Source: Eledone cirrhosa
Lineage: Eukaryota
Assembly (NCBI GenBank): GCA_964016885.1
Contig: CAXHJY010001527.1
Location: 9,549 to 73,548, forward strand
Length of the DNA stretch: 64,000 nucleotides
Direction of reading: 5' to 3'
Shown here piece after piece: positions 15,852 through 28,878 of this stretch; position 1 is the stretch's first letter; every line of letters starts with the position of its first letter. Position numbers and translations under genes: made by a program. The notes under the pieces were generated by a model, which saw only the letters and a program-made list of their open reading frames with translations, was not told the DNA's origin and did not search any database.

Positions 15852-16288
15852 ATTTTAATTCTCCGACATCAGTCTTACACTGTCATATCTATTCTTACTT
15901 TACAATTGTGTCTACTAAGAGTTCCATTACAATCTGTAGTAGTAAAACTACTATTTCACCAGAACATCTGCTATCAGTCATTTATAGACAATATATATAT
16001 TTTAGACCACATATCAACCTAATATATATATATATTTCCTATCTAATCTGTAGCTAAAGACATAAAGTCAGCCTCACTACTTCATTCTGACAAGATATCT
16101 ATTTATGACTAAAGATGAAGAAGAGACACCAACGTTAATGTCGTGAAATAAAGCTGATAACATCTTTGAAACTTCTAATTTGATAATAAAGAGATTATTT
16201 CTTTGGTTGTTTAGTAAAACCTAACAACACAACACATTGATTATATGTGAAGGAGGTAAGTTGACAAAGATTTACTTGAAGTCTATAA
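15577..16288 (+). repeat. Block A copy 2 (truncated; donor at 16256)
   Basis: Direct repeat of 2130-2845. Confidence 0.85.
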
Positions 16289-16314
16289 TATTGATAGCCC
16301 CAAATACTAACTGA

Positions 16315-17225
16315 TATACTGTACATTAGATAATGTAGTCCTAGATACACTATGTCTGATAGCCACTATACTGTACATTAGATAATGTAGTCGTAGGTAC
16401 ACTATGTCTGATAGCCACTATACTGTACATTAGATAATGTAGTCCTAGGTACACTATGTCTGATAGCCACTATACTGTACATTAGATAATGTAGTCCTAG
16501 GTACACTATGTCTGATAGCCACTATACTGTACATGAGATAATGTAGTTGTAGGTACACTATGTCTGATAGCCACTATACTGTACATGAGATAATGTAGTT
16601 GTAGGTACACTATGTCTGATAGCCACTATACTGTACATTATATAATGTAGTCCTAGGTGCACTATGTCTGATAGCCACTATACTGTACATTAGATAATGT
16701 AGTCCTAGATACACTATGTCTGATAGCTACTATACTGTACATTAGATAATGTAGTCCTAGGTACACTATGTCTGATAGCCACTATACTGTACATTAGATA
16801 ATGTAGTCCTAGGTAAACTATGTCTGATAGCCACTATACTGTACATTAGATAATGTACTCCTAGATACACTATGTCTGATAGCTATTATACTGTACATTA
16901 GATAATGTAGTCCTAGGTACACTATGTCTGATAGCCACTATACTGTACATTAGATAATGTAGTCCTAGGTACACTATGTCTGATAGCTACTATACTGTAC
17001 ATTATATAATGTAGTCCTAGATACACTATGTCTGATAGCTACTATACTGTACATTATATAACGTAGTCCTAGGTACACTATGTCTGATAGCCATTAATAC
17101 TAATTTCTATACTGTACATAAGATAATGTAGTCCTAGATAAACTATGTCTTATAGCCACTAATACTAACTACTGTACTGTACATTAGATAATGTAGTCCT
17201 AGATACACTATGTCTGATAGTCACT
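16315..17225 (+). repeat. 52-bp minisatellite, ~17 copies
   Basis: Unit gatagccactatactgtacattagataatgtagtcctaggtacactatgtct; period measured 16356 to 16408. Confidence 0.95.
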
Positions 17226-17229
17226 AGTA

Positions 17230-17525
17230 TATACGTAGTTCTCAGGGAGATTCAGTGAGATGTATGACATGGCTTCCCTTCGAAATACATGTAGAACCCA
17301 TCTTATATTATAATGTGTCTGAGTATTTCATTGACACGTAGACCGTTGACATTGTTCTCAGGGAGATTCAGTGCGACAATTCTATGTAACAACGTATCCC
17401 CTATAATTACTGGTACAACTTATTATTTTTCCAGCTGGGTGAAATAAAACAATGAGAAATAAAGTGTCTTGTTCAAGGCCTCAACGTACAGGTCGCCCGG
17501 TCTGGGATTCGAACTCACGAACCAT
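17230..17525 (-). mobile_element. tRNA-derived SINE abutting the minisatellite
   Basis: Minus-strand gagttcgaatcc B box, ccttgaacaagacactttatttc body, duplicated gttctcagggagattcagtg. Confidence 0.7.
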
Positions 17526-17780
17526 ACGTTCATGTAATGCGTGCTAAAACCGGTTTCCTCCACACAAAATACACCGGAATGACTTAATACAGATTAATTC
17601 ACGAACAAGAATTACAATAAGTCGCTGAGAGTGATCTCCCTTGGCTGACTTTAACATCTTTTCTTCTTACATTAGAAATTAATTTGTTTCATGTCCGACT
17701 GAAAGACTCTGGAGTTTTTACCTGTCTTCGGTTTAATTGATGAGGAATTTTGAGGTATTTATAACAATTATTGTCACTCA

Positions 17781-18336
17781 TGGTATTAGCTGTCAGAAGT
17801 GAAAGTAGAAGAAGGTGACGTCATTCGTCAACCTTCTCAATCCTTTATTTCCGTATCACTATTCCCTTTATTTATGTTTACGATTTTGTAAGAGATACGT
17901 TTACGATGAGATACACTTATTAAAAAATAATATGGGTACCAAATAACTCCGTAATTTTCGAGAGAAACGACAATATACAATCTTATTTAACATGTGTATT
18001 AAAAACTACACTAGCTGTTACAATTGTAATTAACGTGTAAGAACTTAAATTTGTTTTCTAATTTGAAAACCATGACTTGTTTCAACACCGGCCCTTTTAA
18101 GGGCCACCTATATTTTCATTTAAGTTCTTACACGTTAATTACAATTGTAACAGCTAGTGTAGTTTTTAATACACATGTTAAATAAGATTGTATATTATCG
18201 TTTCTCTCGAAAATTACGGGGTTATTTGGTCCCCATAAATAAAATGATAAACGTAAATAAACGGAATAGTGATATGGAAATAAAGGATTGAGAAGGTTGA
18301 CGACTGACGTCACCTTCTTTCTGACAGCTAATACCA
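17781..18336. repeat. Short inverted repeat (arms 17781-18050 and 18118-18336, 67-bp spacer)
   Basis: Direct reverse-complement match, near perfect over the inner ~100 bp. Confidence 0.9.
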
Positions 18337-18427
18337 CGACAGTGCCCTTTATTTCGATATCTTACATTAAAATATTGACTGAGGGTGTGACAACTGTTTC
18401 TTGTTTGAGGTTGTTCCAGTGGTTGAA

Positions 18428-19350
18428 ATATAGACGGAGGTATTTTAAATAATAAAGACAGGTATGATAACAATATATTTTATATCACATGTAACAGTGG
18501 AATCTGATGATTGAAAAATATCACATCAACATTTCAGTTTGGAAGTGTTTTTTCTATATATAAAAGTGGAGGAAGAAATATATTTTTCTAATGTTGTTAT
18601 ATATATTTTCACTTGTATATAATTACTGGATCATTGTAGGGTTCACATAATTATATTATTTACACACATTAATATAGACATTAAGTAAATCTTTGTCAAC
18701 TTACCTCCTTCACATATAATCAATGTGTTGTGTTGTTAGTTGTTACTAAACAACCTAAGAAATAATCTCTTTGTTATCAAATTAGAAGTTTCAATGTTAT
18801 CAGCTTTATTTCACGACATTAACGTTGGTGTAACTTCTTCATCTTTAGTCATAAATTGATATCTTGTCAGAATGAAGTAATGAGGCTGACTTTATGTCTT
18901 TAGCTACAGATTTGATAGGAAATATATATGTATTAGGTTGATATGTGGTCTAAAATATATATATTGTCTATAAATGAATGATAGCAGATGTTCTGGTGAA
19001 ATAGTAGTTTTACTACTACAGATTGTAATGGAACTCTTAGTAGACACAATTGTAAAGTAAGACTGATGGCGGGGAATTAAAATTGTGTATATATATATAT
19101 ATATGTAATTGTTACACAAGATATAATTAGATTAAGAAGACAGCAGGTACTCGATATCGTTGGAAATGATTTTACTCCCTTACCGGTGTCATTAGTTAAC
19201 AGTCCCTGATATAATTTAATACATTCAGACAGTTACAATCGTATTTAATCGATAGTAAATGAAAAGGTATCACTCAGTAAAATATAAATTATATATCGAC
19301 GTAGTCTCTCTGACTGCTAGAAATAGCAGTGAAATTATCCATTACAGACT
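18428..19350 (-). repeat. Block A copy 3 (donor at 18704)
   Basis: Reverse complement of block A with an insertion at ~18506-18618. Confidence 0.85.
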
Positions 19351-19958
19351 TTTCTTTCTTTAAACTCTTACGTTTAGTAGATGTTTGTGTTGAGAATGTG
19401 TGTATTTGTGTATTGTATGACGGAAGTCACCATTGAAGATGTTAAAAGCAATGTTGTGGAAAATAGGATCGTACGACTTTGTAATTGTTTATATATAATT
19501 TATTTACAGATTACAAAGGTTAGAAGAATGACTCTTGAGAGGATAGTTAATGTTATCAAAAAAAGGTTATAAAGATTTAAAGACGTACGGTCAACTGGCT
19601 GAGGCATTAGCCAGACCTGTAGTGATATCTGTTGCTACATATTGTCTATGCTTGAGGAACGAAAGCAAGAGATGTTTACCTTCACGGTGTCGAGCTGCAA
19701 GAGAGAGAGTTTCGAATCTCTGCGGGAATTTTTCCTTCTGGGCGGAGGTCGAGATACATTTTCCTACGCTGGTAGCGATTGGCTGAACTACGCCAAACAA
19801 CGCACAGAGAATGTATCCATGAGCCCTCGGAATATAGGTCACTACAATACCCCCTATTTAGTCTGCAAGACGATATATAAGATTGAATCAGCAGGAAAAA
19901 GGCTCAAAGACAGGACATCAATGAATATATATGTATATATATATGATATATATATATA

Positions 19959-20837
19959 CAGGTGTGGACGATATTTGGTTGCAATTTTCAACTGCTAATT
20001 TTATGCAAATTTTTTTTACTTCCGTTGTTACTCTCGTCCTCATAAAAACAGTGACTATATTTCCATTATTTATTTTCAGAATAATTGATTATGAATTATT
20101 TTGACCTCCAAATTTGTGGAAAAGACACGGAGTTCTTCTTGGAATCTGTGCCGGGAGGACAAATAAGACCAGAAGATCAACTCCCAGAACAACAGGTGGC
20201 TCGCTGTCTCATCCAAAGATGTGCCCAGAGTCATGCAGACAAAGTTTCCACCGGCAACATTGGTCTTAGGTGTCGTCAGCAGTCAAGGTGTCGTCATGCC
20301 ACCTCACTGCTTCCCTGGGGGCCTCAAGCTGAACACCGATGGCTACATTCGCGTTCTGAGCGAGGTAGTAAAGCCCTGGATCGTCCAGGTAGCTGCAGGT
20401 AGGCCGTACGTGTTGCAGCAAGACTCAGCGCCCTGCCATACCAGCTGAAAGATCCAAGCCTGGCTCTCAGATAACTTCGTCGACCACACTTCCCCTGATA
20501 TCTGGCCTCCCAGCTTACCTGACTCCAATCCTCTCGACTTCTTTGTGTGGGGCGCAGTGGAATGAGACACCAACAGATCCAGCTGCAATACAAAAGACGA
20601 TCTGAAGGCCATGATGATAAGTGCCTTTAGGGGCCTAAGTCAGGGGACAGTGACGAAGGCCTGTAGCCGGTTTAGAGGCTGTCATCAAAGCCAATGGCAG
20701 GTCTATCGAGTGAGATTGAAAGAACAAGTTATGAAGACAAACTGACCCAAGTTTGATAAATAAACCTTAAAAAACAAAACTACTGTGTTATTCTTTCCTA
20801 GACAGTAATCTTGCGAATAATTATCGTCCGCACCCTG
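19959..20837 (+). mobile_element. DD37D/maT remnant, mirror copy
   Basis: Reverse complement of 14055-14932; shares the stop after PCHTS. Confidence 0.9.
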
Positions 20838-20867
20838 TATATATACATATATAATATATGATATATA

Positions 20868-20916
<49 letters not shown>

Positions 20917-20917
20917 A

Positions 20918-22378
20918 AAAGGGGATGCCCTGGAGAGGAGCAATTATAGGGGTATAAAACTGATGGATCGGGTTATGAAAGTGGCAGAAAGGATATTAAC
21001 ACAACTAATTAGAGAAAGGGTCAAACTAGATGAGATGCAGTTTGGTTTTGTGCCTGGGAAGAGTACAACAGATGCCCTCTTCTTGGTAAGACAATTGCAA
21101 GAGAGGTTCTTAGAGAAGAATAAGCCGCTATAATTAGCCTTTGTTGACCTAGAGAAGGCCTTTGATAGGGTACCCCGATCTGTCATCTGGTGGTCCCTAA
21201 GGAAACTAGGTGTTGAGGAATGGCTTGTGAGGACAGTGCAAACTATGTACAGAGGTACTCTCAGTAAAGTCAGGGTAGGAATGGAGTTTAGTGAGGAATT
21301 CCAGATACAAGTAGGAGTACATCAAGTTTCCGTCCTCAGCCCGCTTTTGTTCATTATAGTCCTCCAAGCCATAACAGAGAAGTTTAAGACTGGCTGTCTA
21401 TGCTGACGATCTGGTTCTTATAGCAGAATCAGTAGAGGAGCTAGAGAATAAATTCTGGCTATGGAAACAGCAGTTGGAAGCAAGAGGACTGAGGGTGAAC
21501 CTAGCTAAGACAAAAGTGTTGATGAGGAGAAAAGAAGACAAAACTCTTATTCCATCAGGGAAATGGCCATGTTCGATATGCAGAATAGGAACTGGCATAA
21601 ATTCTATAAAATACACACAATGCAGATCCTGGGTACACAAGAGATGTAGCTGGATAGCAGGCAAACTAACAGGTAGGGAGAAATATGTATGCAGTAAATG
21701 TAGAGGGAAATTAGACAGTAGAAGTCGCATTGATAGACACATTTTTCAAATGCAAGAGGGCGCTATAGAAGTGGTGGATAGCTTCCGGTACCTAGGAGAT
21801 CAGATTAGCATGGGAGGGGGTGTTCCGAGGCCATAGTATCTAGAATAAGGACGGGTTGGAAGAAGTTTAGGGAGCTGCTTCTTCTGCTGACGAAGAAGGG
21901 TTTCTCCCTGCATACGAAAGGCTGGTTGTATGATGCCTGTGTCAGGAGCGCGATGCTGCATGGTAGTGAGACATGGGCAGTAACTGCAGAGGATATGTGA
22001 TGGCTGAAGAGAAATGAGGCAAGCATGCTCCATTGGATGTGCAGTGTAAATGTGCTTGAACGACCCGGCATAAAACTGTTGAGAGAGAAACTGTGTCTGA
22101 GAGGGATAGAGTGTAGTGTGTGGGAGAGAAGACTGAGGTGGTATGGACATGTGATGCACATGGAGGAGGACCAATGGGTGAAGAAGTGCCAGTTGAAGAC
22201 GTGGTAGAGATAGACCAACAAAAACATGGGCGGAGGTGGTGAGAACAGACCTCAGATCATTGAAGCTCATGGTGGAGATGACGAAGGACCGTGACGAGTG
22301 GAGAGATGTTGTGCTGAATAAGAACCGTCCCACACTTGCAAGCAGGGAAAAGAGGACGTAAAATGATGATGATGATGA
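20918..22378 (+). mobile_element. 5'-truncated RTE LINE, right arm only
   Basis: RT motifs with stops; (GAT)n tail; inserted in (TA)n; absent at the mirrored left-arm site ~13925-14050. Confidence 0.92.
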
Positions 22379-23924
22379 TATATATATATATATATCATCA
22401 TCAACACTGTTTTACGTCCGTTCTTCTATGCTAGCATGGGTTAGACGGGTTGTCATGTTGTGGGCAGTGTCCGGTTGGCTGACCTTGTCTTGCTCATACA
22501 GGAACTGATTTTGGCTTGATTTCTACAGCTGGATGCCCTTCCAAACACCAACCTCATTTACAGTGATTGCTGGGTACTTTTCTTCCGTGGTGCCTACATG
22601 TCCACTTTATAGTGTGGGTTGATATATATATAAAATATATTTAATATATATATATGTGTGATATATATATATAACATATATATATATTATAATATATATA
22701 ACATATATATATATATAATATAATTTATATAACATATATATATAATATAATATATATATCTATATATCTAAAATAGAGAATGCCTAAAACTCAAGAACCA
22801 CCCAACCGATTGTTTTCAAACCTTACACATGTAATACTTATAGTCCTGTGAGTGTTTTGAGTAGAAAAATTTCAAATTTTCAATGCCCTAGGGACCGCAT
22901 TAGGCGATTTAGCGATCTCCGGGCCATGTTGCTAGTAATATATATATAATATATATGGCTCAGTGGTTAGAGCATTGGGCTTGTAATTGAAAGGTTGTGA
23001 GTTCAATTCTCAGACCGGGTGATGTGTTATGTCCTTGAGCAAGACACTTTATTTCAAGTTGCTCCTTCTACCTGGAGTTGTGACCAATAGATAGTATTAG
23101 CAATTGGAAAGACCAATGGAAACATTGTTTCTACGGTCCAATTTGACGAAAGTCGATCGACTGACGATATATGTATATATATATATTATACATATATATA
23201 TAATATATATATATATGTGTCACTTGCTGGATCTGCTAGAAGGACCCAGATAATATGAGATGTTCTCCCGGCTGTATCATATACTGCAAATCTATGCAGA
23301 TGTATACACATATATACACAAACACATAAAGATACACATGTAATTATACACACATAGAAGTGGTTGATAGCTTCTGTGACTTAATTAGCAGTGGAGGATG
23401 ACTGTATAACACCTGCCAATAAAATATGATGCTGCATGGTAGTGAAACAAGGGCTGTGACAGGAGAAATAAAGTGTAGACTGGAGAGAAATGAAGCAACC
23501 ATGCTTCATTGGATGTGCCATTTAAGTGTGAGAGAAAGGCAGATCTCGGACAAGTTCAAGAAGAAGCTGGGTTTAAGAGGGAACTTAAGAGATGTGTAAG
23601 AGAGAAGACTGCATTGGTACGGACATGTGATACACATGGATAATGACAGCTGGGTGAAGAAGTGCCAGGACATCCCAGTAGAAGGAAGCCATAGTAGAGG
23701 TAGACCAAGAAAGACCTGGACAGAGGCTGTGTGAACTGACTTCAAATGACTGACTCTCACAGAGGAGATGACAAAGGAACACGACAAGTTCAAAGATGCC
23801 ATGTTGAGAAGGACATGTCCAACCCAAGGAAGCATGGAAAAACAGACATAAAAACAGTGTTGATGAAGATGACGTACATATACACACATACATAATAAAT
23901 AAATCAAATACAGATATGCACAGT

Positions 23925-24248
23925 GGAGGCACATGGCTTAATTGGCCTTGCAATCAAAAGGTTGTGAGTTCAATTCTCAGACTGTGTGATGTGTTGTTTC
24001 CTTGAGCAAGACACTTTATTTCACATTGCTCCAGGTTACTCAGCTGTAGAAATGAGATGATAGGTACTGGGGTTCATATCATTCCACAGTAAAGTGGCTG
24101 TGGAGGTGCCACAGCAAAAAAGCACCCAGCACTCTCTGTAAATGAGGTTGGTGTTAGGAAGGGCATCCAGCTGTAGAAATCAAGCCAGAATCAGTTCAGT
24201 CCCACCCTTGCAAGCAGGGAAAAGTGGACGTAAAATGTTGATGATGAT
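23925..24248 (+). mobile_element. SINE head fused to RTE 3' tail pieces, right arm only
   Basis: ggaggcacatggc...gagttcaattc...ccttgagcaagacac, then RTE tail and (GAT)n; bounded by gatatgcaca on both sides (TSD-like). Confidence 0.7.
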
Positions 24249-25117
24249 ATGCACATACTTATATACAAACATATACATGGACACAAATTTCTACACACAT
24301 ACATTCACATATATATAGCATATGTCAATTCTGAACAATACAGTTTTGTCAGCACAAGTCTTGGTTACAACTTCTACAAATGAAATGAAAGGAGAATAAT
24401 TTCTTAGTAAAGCAGTTTTATTCAAGACATTAAGAACATTGGTGGCACAATTTTAGGTGAGTGACATGGTTTTTATCTTGTCTGATTGTGTTTGTGTTGC
24501 ATCAAGTAACCTTTACAAGAGAATTATTTACCACAGACACCACAGTGATATGGTTCCTCTCCTGTATATGTTAGTGTGTAGGGAACCCACAACATTTACT
24601 ACAGATATCACAGTGATATAGTTCCTCTCCTGTATATTAGTGTCTAGTGAAACCACAACTTATAGAGAATGATTTATCACAGACATCACAGTGATATGGT
24701 TCCTCTCCTGTATGTTAGTGTTTAGTGACACCAAAATTAGAAAATGATTTACATGGGCTGAGGTGGTAAGGGCAGACCTCTGAAGCTCAAGGTGTAGATG
24801 ACAAAGGACCGTGACAAGTGGAGAGATGCTGTGTTGAATAGGACTCATCCCACCCTTGCAAGCAGGGAAAAGCAGACGTAAAATGATGATGATGATGATA
24901 TGTTTTCCCTCATCTATGCATATATTTAGTTAAATTGCTGCATTAAAAGATATATTTTCCAAACATATCAAAGTGATATGGCTTCCCACCTGTATATGTT
25001 TGTGTGAAGTTAATGTAGCATTGAAACAGAATGATTTACCATAGATATTACACTGATATATATTTGTATTCTCATTAATTCACAATGTTGAGAGGATTTA
25101 TCACTGATGTCAATGCA

Positions 25118-26896
25118 TTAAGATTTCTCCTCTGCATGTATGAGTTTGTGAGTAGTTAGGCTACTTTTCCCAGAGAATGATATACCACAGATATCACAGT
25201 GATATGGCTTGTCTCCTGTATGGGTACGTTTGTGTCTAGTTAAGGTACTACTTCGAGAGAATGATTTACCACAGATATCACAGTGGTATGGCTTGTCTCC
25301 AGTATGTATACGTTTGTGGCTAGTTAAGGCACTACTTTGAGAGAATGATTTACCACAGATATCACAGTGGTATGGCTTGTCTCCTGTATGGGTACGTTTG
25401 TGTCTAGTTAAGGTACTACTTAGAGAGAATGATTTACCACAGATATCACAGTGGTATGGCTTGTCTCCTGTATGTATACGTTTGTGGCTAGTTAAGGCAC
25501 TACTGAGAGAGAATGATTTACCACAGATATCACAGTGGTATGGCTTGTCACCTGTATGGGTATGTTTGTGTCGAGTTAAGGTACTACTATCAGAGAATGA
25601 TTTACCACAGATATCACAGTGGTATGGTTTGTCTCCTGTATGTATACGTTTGTGGGAAGTTAACTGACTACTTTGAGAGAATGATTTACCACAGATATCA
25701 CAGTGGTATGGCTTGTCACCTGTATGGGTACGTTTGTGTCTAGTTAAGGCAATAGTTTCAGAGAATGATTTACCACAGATATCACAGTGGTATGGCTTGT
25801 CTCCTGTATGTATATGTTTGTGTCTAGTTAAGTGACTACTTTGAGAGAATGATTTACCACAGATGTCACAGTGGTATGGCTTGTCTCCTGTATGGGTACG
25901 TAAGTGTTTAGTTAATGCATCACTTGGACGGAATGTTTTACCACAGATATCACAGTGGTATGGCTTGTCTCCTGTATGTATACGTTTGTGGCTAGTTAAG
26001 TTACCACTTTGATAGAATGATTTACCACAGATATCACAGTGGTATGGCTTGTCACCTGTATGGGTACGTTTGTGTCTAGTTAAGTTAACACTTTGATAGA
26101 ATGATTTACCACAGATATCACAGTGATATGGCTTGTCTCCTGTATGTATACGTTTGTGGCTAGTTAAGTTACCACTTTGATAGAATGATTTACCACAGAT
26201 ATCACAGTGATATGGCTTGTCTCCTGTATGTATACGTTTGTGGCTAGTTAAGTAACTACTCTCAGAGAATGATTTACCACAGATATCACAGTGATATGGC
26301 TTGTCTACTGTATGTATATGTTTGTGTCTAGTTAAGGTACTACTTTGAGAGAATGATTTACCACAGATGTCACAGTGGTATGGCTTGTCTCCTGTATGGG
26401 TACGTTTGTGTCTAGTTAAGTTACCACTTTGATAGAATGATTTACCACAGATATCACAGTGATATGGCTTGTCTCCTGTATGTATACGTTTGTGGCTAGT
26501 TAAGTTACCACTTTGATAGAATGATTTACCACAGATATCACAGTGGTATGGCTTGTCTCCTGTATGGGTACGTAAGTGTTCAGTTAATGCATCACTTCGA
26601 GGGAATGTTTTACCACAGATATCACAGTGATATGGCTTCTCACCTGTATGTAAATGGTTGTGACTAGTTAGGTTACTTTTCTCAGAGAATGATTTACTAC
26701 AGATATTACAGTGATATGGTTTGTCTCCTGTATGTATAACTTTGTGAGTAGTTAAGGTACTACGTATATTGAATGATTTACCACAGATATTGCAGTGATA
26801 TGGTTTCTCTTCTCCAACCTTTGTCATCTCACCAGGAATACTAAACATTTTCGATTGTGTTTCGCATTTAACCTTTTCACTCAATTTATTTTCCAT
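25118..26896 (-). CDS. Poly-C2H2 zinc-finger protein, 20 tandem fingers, 592 aa, no KRAB/SCAN/BTB domain visible
   Basis: Intact ATG-to-TAA ORF; 28-aa units with TGDKPY linkers; splice acceptor ttcttatttcag| upstream at 27074. Confidence 0.95.
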   Translation of the reverse strand: MENKLSEKVKCETQSKMFSIPGEMTKVGEEKPYHCNICGKSFNIRSTLTTHKVIHTGDKPYHCNICSKSFSEKSNLTSHNHLHTGEKPYHCDICGKTFPRSDALTEHLRTHTGDKPYHCDICGKSFYQSGNLTSHKRIHTGDKPYHCDICGKSFYQSGNLTRHKRTHTGDKPYHCDICGKSFSQSSTLTRHKHIHTVDKPYHCDICGKSFSESSYLTSHKRIHTGDKPYHCDICGKSFYQSGNLTSHKRIHTGDKPYHCDICGKSFYQSVNLTRHKRTHTGDKPYHCDICGKSFYQSGNLTSHKRIHTGDKPYHCDICGKTFRPSDALTKHLRTHTGDKPYHCDICGKSFSQSSHLTRHKHIHTGDKPYHCDICGKSFSETIALTRHKRTHTGDKPYHCDICGKSFSQSSQLTSHKRIHTGDKPYHCDICGKSFSDSSTLTRHKHTHTGDKPYHCDICGKSFSLSSALTSHKRIHTGDKPYHCDICGKSFSLSSTLTRHKRTHTGDKPYHCDICGKSFSQSSALTSHKRIHTGDKPYHCDICGKSFSRSSTLTRHKRTHTGDKPYHCDICGISFSGKSSLTTHKLIHAEEKS

Positions 26897-28340
26897 AATA
26901 ATTTCATCTCCAACAGAATATACTTGTAATATTTTTTACATTATATTCCTAAAAAATATATCTTCTATATTTCCCTCAACTGTGATTTCAGTTAATAGTC
27001 TTCAAATGATGATAAATAGAGGTGATGTATCCGAGATTGAAAATAATAATTTATCCCAATGTCATCTGGTATTCTGAAATAAGAAAGAAACAGTATGAGA
27101 TAATAGAGAATACTTAAGAAGCAGAGATAGATTTAACAGTGGAAATTTTATATTTCTATATTGGTAAACTGTAGATATCAACTTTCCTATCCAATGCAAA
27201 CAGTAGTATTCCAGCATGCTCTATAAATGTCATCCTTCTATCTCTAGAGAAGTCTGCTCTATGGCAGTTTAGTGAAAATTTCATTCTGATAGGACTCTCT
27301 AATATAGCTATTATCTCCTCTCCTGGTGACATGTCAACACCAGTTTAACTTCCATCTTTTTATTAGTAGGAGTCAATTGTTCCTCTACATCTTTATCTTA
27401 CTTCTTTTCTATCTTTCTCTGGGAGAAATCGGCCGTGTTTAGACCAGGAGTTACGAGTCTATATGAATCCATACAATATATGATTTCACTTGAAGCTTTA
27501 TTCAGATTTCAATTGTGTTCAGATGAGAGAGGTGATGGGCTCCATCAGGTTTTAAAATATGCCCGAGAAATACTGTATGTCACTTAGTGTACCCCTACGA
27601 CTCCACCAGTGTTTCATTTGTTTAGGACTATGTCTGGGTTAGCCAGCCAAGTATCAGTAGAAGGGAAAACAGGGACCTGATCCCCTCAGAAAAATGGCCT
27701 TGCTCAGTGTGCTAGAAAGGTGTAGGTAGAAATTCCATTCTCTGTCCAAAATACAAACAATGGGTACACACGAGATGTAGTGGGATCTCAAGTAGGTTAG
27801 CTAAGAAAATAGGTTTCACATGAGGCCATTGCACAGGAGCAGTAAGCAGCAAACATTCACAGGAAGCAACGATTGACTTTCGTCAAATTGGACCGAGGAA
27901 ACAGTGTTTCCATTGGTCTTTCCAATTGCTAATACTATTTATTAGTCACAATTCCAGGTAGAAGGAGCAATGTGAAATAAAATGTCTTGCTCAAGGACAT
28001 AACGCATCACCTGGATGGTTAATCGAACTCACAATCTCACAATTGCGAATCCAATTCTCTAACCACTCAGCCACACGCCTTCACAGGAAACAAGCTCTAA
28101 CAAACTCTTGGATGGTTACTTAGAAGAGGTAGACAGCTTCTGTTACCTGGGTGATGATATCATCAGTGGAGGTGGGTGTTCTGAAAGTAGAGCAGCCTGA
28201 GTGAACATGGAATGGAAAAGGTTCCGGAGCTACTACCACTGCAACTTACTAAAGGCTTTTTCCTCAACACAAAGGGCATGTTGAATAATGTGTGTATACG
28301 AACAGTTTCATATATATATATATATATATATTTATATAAT

Positions 28341-28371
<31 letters not shown>

Positions 28372-28878
28372 CATCATCATCATCATCATCATCAGGTTTA
28401 GCGTCCGTGTTCCACGCTTGCATGGGTTTGGACGGGGGTTTTCCCACTTGAGGCAAGAGTGGTTGTCTTGCTCGCATAGGACTGTCTGGCGGGTTTTCTA
28501 CAGTTGGATGCCCTTCCTAACACCAACCACATTTACAGTGTGGGGCTGGGAGGTTTTTACCGTGTTGCCTACACGGCCACATTACAGCGTGGACTGTCTG
28601 GCGGGTTTTCTACAGCTGGATGCCCTTCCTAACACCAACCACATTTACAGTGTGGGGCTGGGAGGTTTTTACCGTGTTGCCTACACGGCCACATTTACAG
28701 CGTGGACTGTGTGTTTTTTGTCGTGACACCTACACGATCTCATTTGTTTCGGCCTGGATGTTGTGGGACCAACATAACTTTACATTGAAAGGGGCGGTGT
28801 GGGTGGGGTGGAGGTGGTGGGACGGGGGTGTGTTTTGATAGAGGTGCCTACTGACTGTAGTAGGTTTTTACTTTGTAT

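Noticed and set aside
16315-17225. CRISPR-like regular array
   Set aside because: No unique spacers; a plain tandem repeat in a eukaryotic context
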